Shown here piece after piece: positions 60,797 through 64,000 of a DNA stretch of 64,000 nucleotides. Source of the stretch: Owenweeksia sp. (GTDB lineage: Bacteria > Bacteroidota > Bacteroidia > Flavobacteriales > Schleiferiaceae); the NCBI GenBank assembly GCA_965214115.1, contig CBDCAU010000008.1:156347-220346 (forward strand), written 5' to 3'. Numbering within the stretch: the stretch's first letter is position 1; each line of letters begins with the position of its first letter. The notes below the pieces were generated by a model. That model searched no databases. It worked only from the letters and a program-made list of their open reading frames with translations, and was not told the DNA's origin. The translations under genes were made by a program, and so were the position numbers.

Positions 60797-61598
60797 AACG
60801 TATTTATTTAGTATCGATTTAGAGGATGTCCGCGAAAATGTAAAAAACGGACATTTATATAAAGATCGTGTTCAGGAAAACACACTGGTTTTTTTAGAAT
60901 GGCTCGCTAAAAAAAAGGCCAAATGTACTTTTTTCGTGGTAGGAAAAATGGCGCAGAAATATCCTGATTTAATCAAAGAAATAGTAAGCCAAAACCACGA
61001 AGTTGCTGCCCACGGGATGCACCATATCTCATTGGATAAATTAAATAAAGATTCCTTCCAAAAAGATATTCAGGAAAATAAAGAAGCCCTGTTAAAAGCG
61101 GGCGCCAAAGACTGTGTGGGTTTTCGTGCGCCCATTTTCTCATTGACCAAGGAAAAATCGTGGGTGTATGAAACTTTGGCGGATGCTGGATTTGAGTACA
61201 GCAGCAGCGTTCTTCCGGCGCGCAACCCGCTTTTTGGCTGGGCCGATTTTGGTCAAGAGGCCCGAAAGGTGAATGGAGTTTGGGAACTTCCAATGTCAGT
61301 AGGAAAAGTTTTGCACCGCGCTTTTCCCGTGGCCGGCGGCATTTATTTTCGGGTGATTCCGTGGCTTTTTTTAAAACCGAAAATCCAAGATTCCAACACG
61401 GTCTTGGGCTATTTTCATCCTTACGATATTGATTATCAACAGGAAAGATTTATGCATTCGGGCATTAACGAAAGTAAATTTTACAACGAATTAATGTACT
61501 ATGGACGAAAGAATTTAATATCAAAAATGGATAAGATTTTGCGCTTAGGTTTTTCTATTGAAAAATACGATAGTTATGTCGAAAGGATATCAACTTAA
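60789..61598 (+). CDS. Polysaccharide deacetylase family protein (DUF3473-like)
   Basis: FSIDLED, TFFVVG, HEVAAHGMHH, GFRAP, YFHPYDID. Confidence 0.88.
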   Translation: MAKTYLFSIDLEDVRENVKNGHLYKDRVQENTLVFLEWLAKKKAKCTFFVVGKMAQKYPDLIKEIVSQNHEVAAHGMHHISLDKLNKDSFQKDIQENKEALLKAGAKDCVGFRAPIFSLTKEKSWVYETLADAGFEYSSSVLPARNPLFGWADFGQEARKVNGVWELPMSVGKVLHRAFPVAGGIYFRVIPWLFLKPKIQDSNTVLGYFHPYDIDYQQERFMHSGINESKFYNELMYYGRKNLISKMDKILRLGFSIEKYDSYVERIST

Positions 61599-62394
61599 AA
61601 TTATAGAAACGGACGATTCCCATTTGGAAAAATTGTCTGATTTTCTTAATACTATTTTCGGGAAAGATGCGCGATTTTCAACGGATTATTTACGATGGCA
61701 ATACCGCGACAACCCACTGGGGAAGGTGGTCGGTTTTGATGCTTTTTTGGGAGATGAACTGGCGGCACATTACGCCACCATCCCAGTTCGCTGGAAAATT
61801 GAAGGGGCGGAAAGAGCGGGCTTGCTTTCTCTAAATACGGCCACATCGGCCAACCACCGCGGCCAAGGGCTTTTCACAAAACTCGCCGCGCGGACTTACG
61901 AAGCCGCTGCGGAGCAAGGTTTCACATTCGTGATAGGCGTGGCGAACGCCAACAGTACACCGGGGTTTCTGCGCAAATTGGGTTTTGAACTCATTGCTCC
62001 GCTGGACGTACATTTTTCCTTATCCAAATTGTATAGACTTTCAAACATCAAAGACTTCCAAAACCACTCTATTTTAGATGATAAAACGGAAAAATGGCGA
62101 CTGAACAAACCCGCTGGAAATTATTACTCTAATACCCATAGCATTTTGTCTAAAGCAAAACCAGGCATTGGAGCGGTATTAAAAAAAGACAATCCAAAAC
62201 TACAAATGCCGTCTCAATTTTACCCGATTCACCTATTAATTGGATTAAATGAATCGTCCGGTTTTCGCTTGAAAATGCCACGAAAATGGCAGCCCTCTCC
62301 CTTGAATTTAATCTTTAAAAAATTGGACGAAAAGATGGAAATTCCAAAGCCAAAAATGATTTTGTTTAGGGCTATTGATTTTGATGCTTATTAG
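61576..62394 (+). CDS. GNAT family acyltransferase
   Basis: YLRWQY.DNP, TATSANHRGQGLF, VANANS.PGF. Confidence 0.82.
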   Translation: MSKGYQLKIIETDDSHLEKLSDFLNTIFGKDARFSTDYLRWQYRDNPLGKVVGFDAFLGDELAAHYATIPVRWKIEGAERAGLLSLNTATSANHRGQGLFTKLAARTYEAAAEQGFTFVIGVANANSTPGFLRKLGFELIAPLDVHFSLSKLYRLSNIKDFQNHSILDDKTEKWRLNKPAGNYYSNTHSILSKAKPGIGAVLKKDNPKLQMPSQFYPIHLLIGLNESSGFRLKMPRKWQPSPLNLIFKKLDEKMEIPKPKMILFRAIDFDAY

Positions 62395-62498
62395 AAATAC
62401 TTTAACCGCTAAGAACTGCGCCCGCTTTGCGTATCTCCTTTTTAGGTTTTTATACCTTTCGCCGATGTCCTTGAACGCCTTTTCATCGCTCGTATAAA

Positions 62499-63959
62499 AT
62501 GACACGCCATAGCCACCTTTCTTGGATTTACCTCACGCTTTCCTTGCTGGTTTTTTCCTACGTGGCCGCCCGCACTTGGCGGCTGGATGCCACTTATGAC
62601 GAGGTATGGACCATAACCGAATATCTGCCGCTGACCTATTGGGAAATCCTGAGCCGCGAACCCTGCAACTCCAATAACCACATCCTCAATTCCTTGCTCA
62701 TCAAGCTCTTTGACTCGGTGCTGCACGGCCGCATTGCTGGGCTACACGGTTTGGTTATCGCGCGGCTGCCCAATCTGATAGCTTTCGCGCTGTATCTGAC
62801 TTTCGCTTTCAAAACCGCCCGCCGCTTTTTCCCGCCCATCACCGGCCTGCTTTTCTTCGTGCTTTCTTGGTGCAACCCCTTCCTTCTGGACTTTTTCGGA
62901 CTGGCGCGCGGCTATGGGCTGGCGCTTGGTTTTATGATGCCCGCCCTCTATTTCCTGTTGCGCTTCCGAGAGAGGCTTTCGCTAAGATGCGCCGCACTTT
63001 CGCTGGCGTTTTCCCTCTGTTCGGTGCTTTCCAATTTGCCGTTTCTCAATGTGTATTTGGCCATCGCCGGTTTGGTTTTCCTTTTCCCTTTTATAAAGAA
63101 CAAAACTCGCCAACCGGATCTCAAACTCTTGGGAATCCTGTTCTTTTTCAGTTTTGCGCTCTTCGCCATTTTGTACGAGCCGGTGCGCAAGATGTTGGCT
63201 GGCGGCGATCTGTATTATGGTGGCTACGTGGGTTTTTACCACGACACCCTCCACTCGCTCACTAAGGCCTCCTTGGGACGCCCGTTTCAAGAAGAGGGTT
63301 TTCCGCTGCAGCTCAATTTGTTTCTGGCGGCCTTGGCGCTGCTCGTTATTTTGGGATGGCAGCGTGTCCCAAAGCTACCCGCCTTTGCCCTATTCTGCAC
63401 GGCCATTTTGGCTATCCCCATCCTTTCCAGCCTTCTCCAACATTGGTGGCTCGGCAACCTGTTTTTGATAGGCCGCACCGCGCTTTTTTATTTCCCGCTT
63501 TTTATTTTGGTGATGGCGGCTTGGGCGGGCAACGCGACTTCGGCGGCGATTCCCAACATTATCCTTTCGCTGGTGGTGGCTGGCCTGGTGGTAAACTTGG
63601 CCCAGAACGCCAACTTCTACAAAACCATCAACTGGCCGCACGACTCTCGGACTTCCGAAGTGGTGGAGCGGTTGAAATACGAAGCGGGACAAACGGGCAA
63701 AACCGCAAAGCTGGATGCTTCTTGGCCCTGCGAAAACTCGCTTCGCTATGCTTTGACGATAAAAGACACCTTCCCTAAAATTGAATATTCGGGCCGTGAA
63801 AGGCACCGATTAGAACCCGCGGCCACGCACTTTCTCTATTACGGCCAAACGCTCCATCGTGTGGGCTACTACCCAAGGGAGCTTGCGATAGATTCGTTGC
63901 CAAAAGACACCCTGCTACACTTTCCCGACGATAATTTGACCCTGTTCGTGCTAAGATGA
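62499..63959 (+). CDS. Polytopic membrane protein, probable GT-C (ArnT/PMT-like) glycosyltransferase
   Basis: TYDEVWT, NNHILNS, ARLPN, ARGYG motifs; many TM segments. Confidence 0.7.
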   Translation: MTRHSHLSWIYLTLSLLVFSYVAARTWRLDATYDEVWTITEYLPLTYWEILSREPCNSNNHILNSLLIKLFDSVLHGRIAGLHGLVIARLPNLIAFALYLTFAFKTARRFFPPITGLLFFVLSWCNPFLLDFFGLARGYGLALGFMMPALYFLLRFRERLSLRCAALSLAFSLCSVLSNLPFLNVYLAIAGLVFLFPFIKNKTRQPDLKLLGILFFFSFALFAILYEPVRKMLAGGDLYYGGYVGFYHDTLHSLTKASLGRPFQEEGFPLQLNLFLAALALLVILGWQRVPKLPAFALFCTAILAIPILSSLLQHWWLGNLFLIGRTALFYFPLFILVMAAWAGNATSAAIPNIILSLVVAGLVVNLAQNANFYKTINWPHDSRTSEVVERLKYEAGQTGKTAKLDASWPCENSLRYALTIKDTFPKIEYSGRERHRLEPAATHFLYYGQTLHRVGYYPRELAIDSLPKDTLLHFPDDNLTLFVLR

Positions 63960-64000
63960 AAAGAACCTCCCCAGCTACTTTTTCACCCCTGCGTCCTTTC

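Overview
Chromosomal segment of a Bacteroidota bacterium, most likely Flavobacteriales. Support: T9SS C-terminal sorting domains, TAnnTTTG -7 promoter boxes, AT-rich start regions without Shine-Dalgarno motifs, and a Bacteroidota-type IleRS. The backbone is housekeeping and metabolic genes: ileS, rmuC, mpg, comF, scoA/scoB, ABC-F, two ALDHs, RidA, tRNA-Ala(GGC), several secreted T9SS proteins and lipoproteins, and a surface-glycosylation cluster. No integrase, transposase or CRISPR array was found. Main points of interest: (1) an ECF sigma / TPR anti-sigma-like / membrane-anchored TPR-CHAT protease locus with two unannotated small peptides flanking the protease gene; (2) small cargo islets, mostly toxin-antitoxin-like, sitting directly behind the 3' ends of core genes, two of them followed by an orphan second copy of the host gene's 3' end (ALDH, ileS); (3) a REP-like palindrome inserted in frame in IleRS, adding about 36 aa; (4) a tandem DUF4160/DUF2442 array with a variable interface block that separates scoA from scoB; (5) a HEPN-like membrane protein pair; (6) nested REP-like elements, a 20-copy octamer VNTR and four homopolymer frameshifts. 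All family assignments come from motif recognition by eye; no database search was run.
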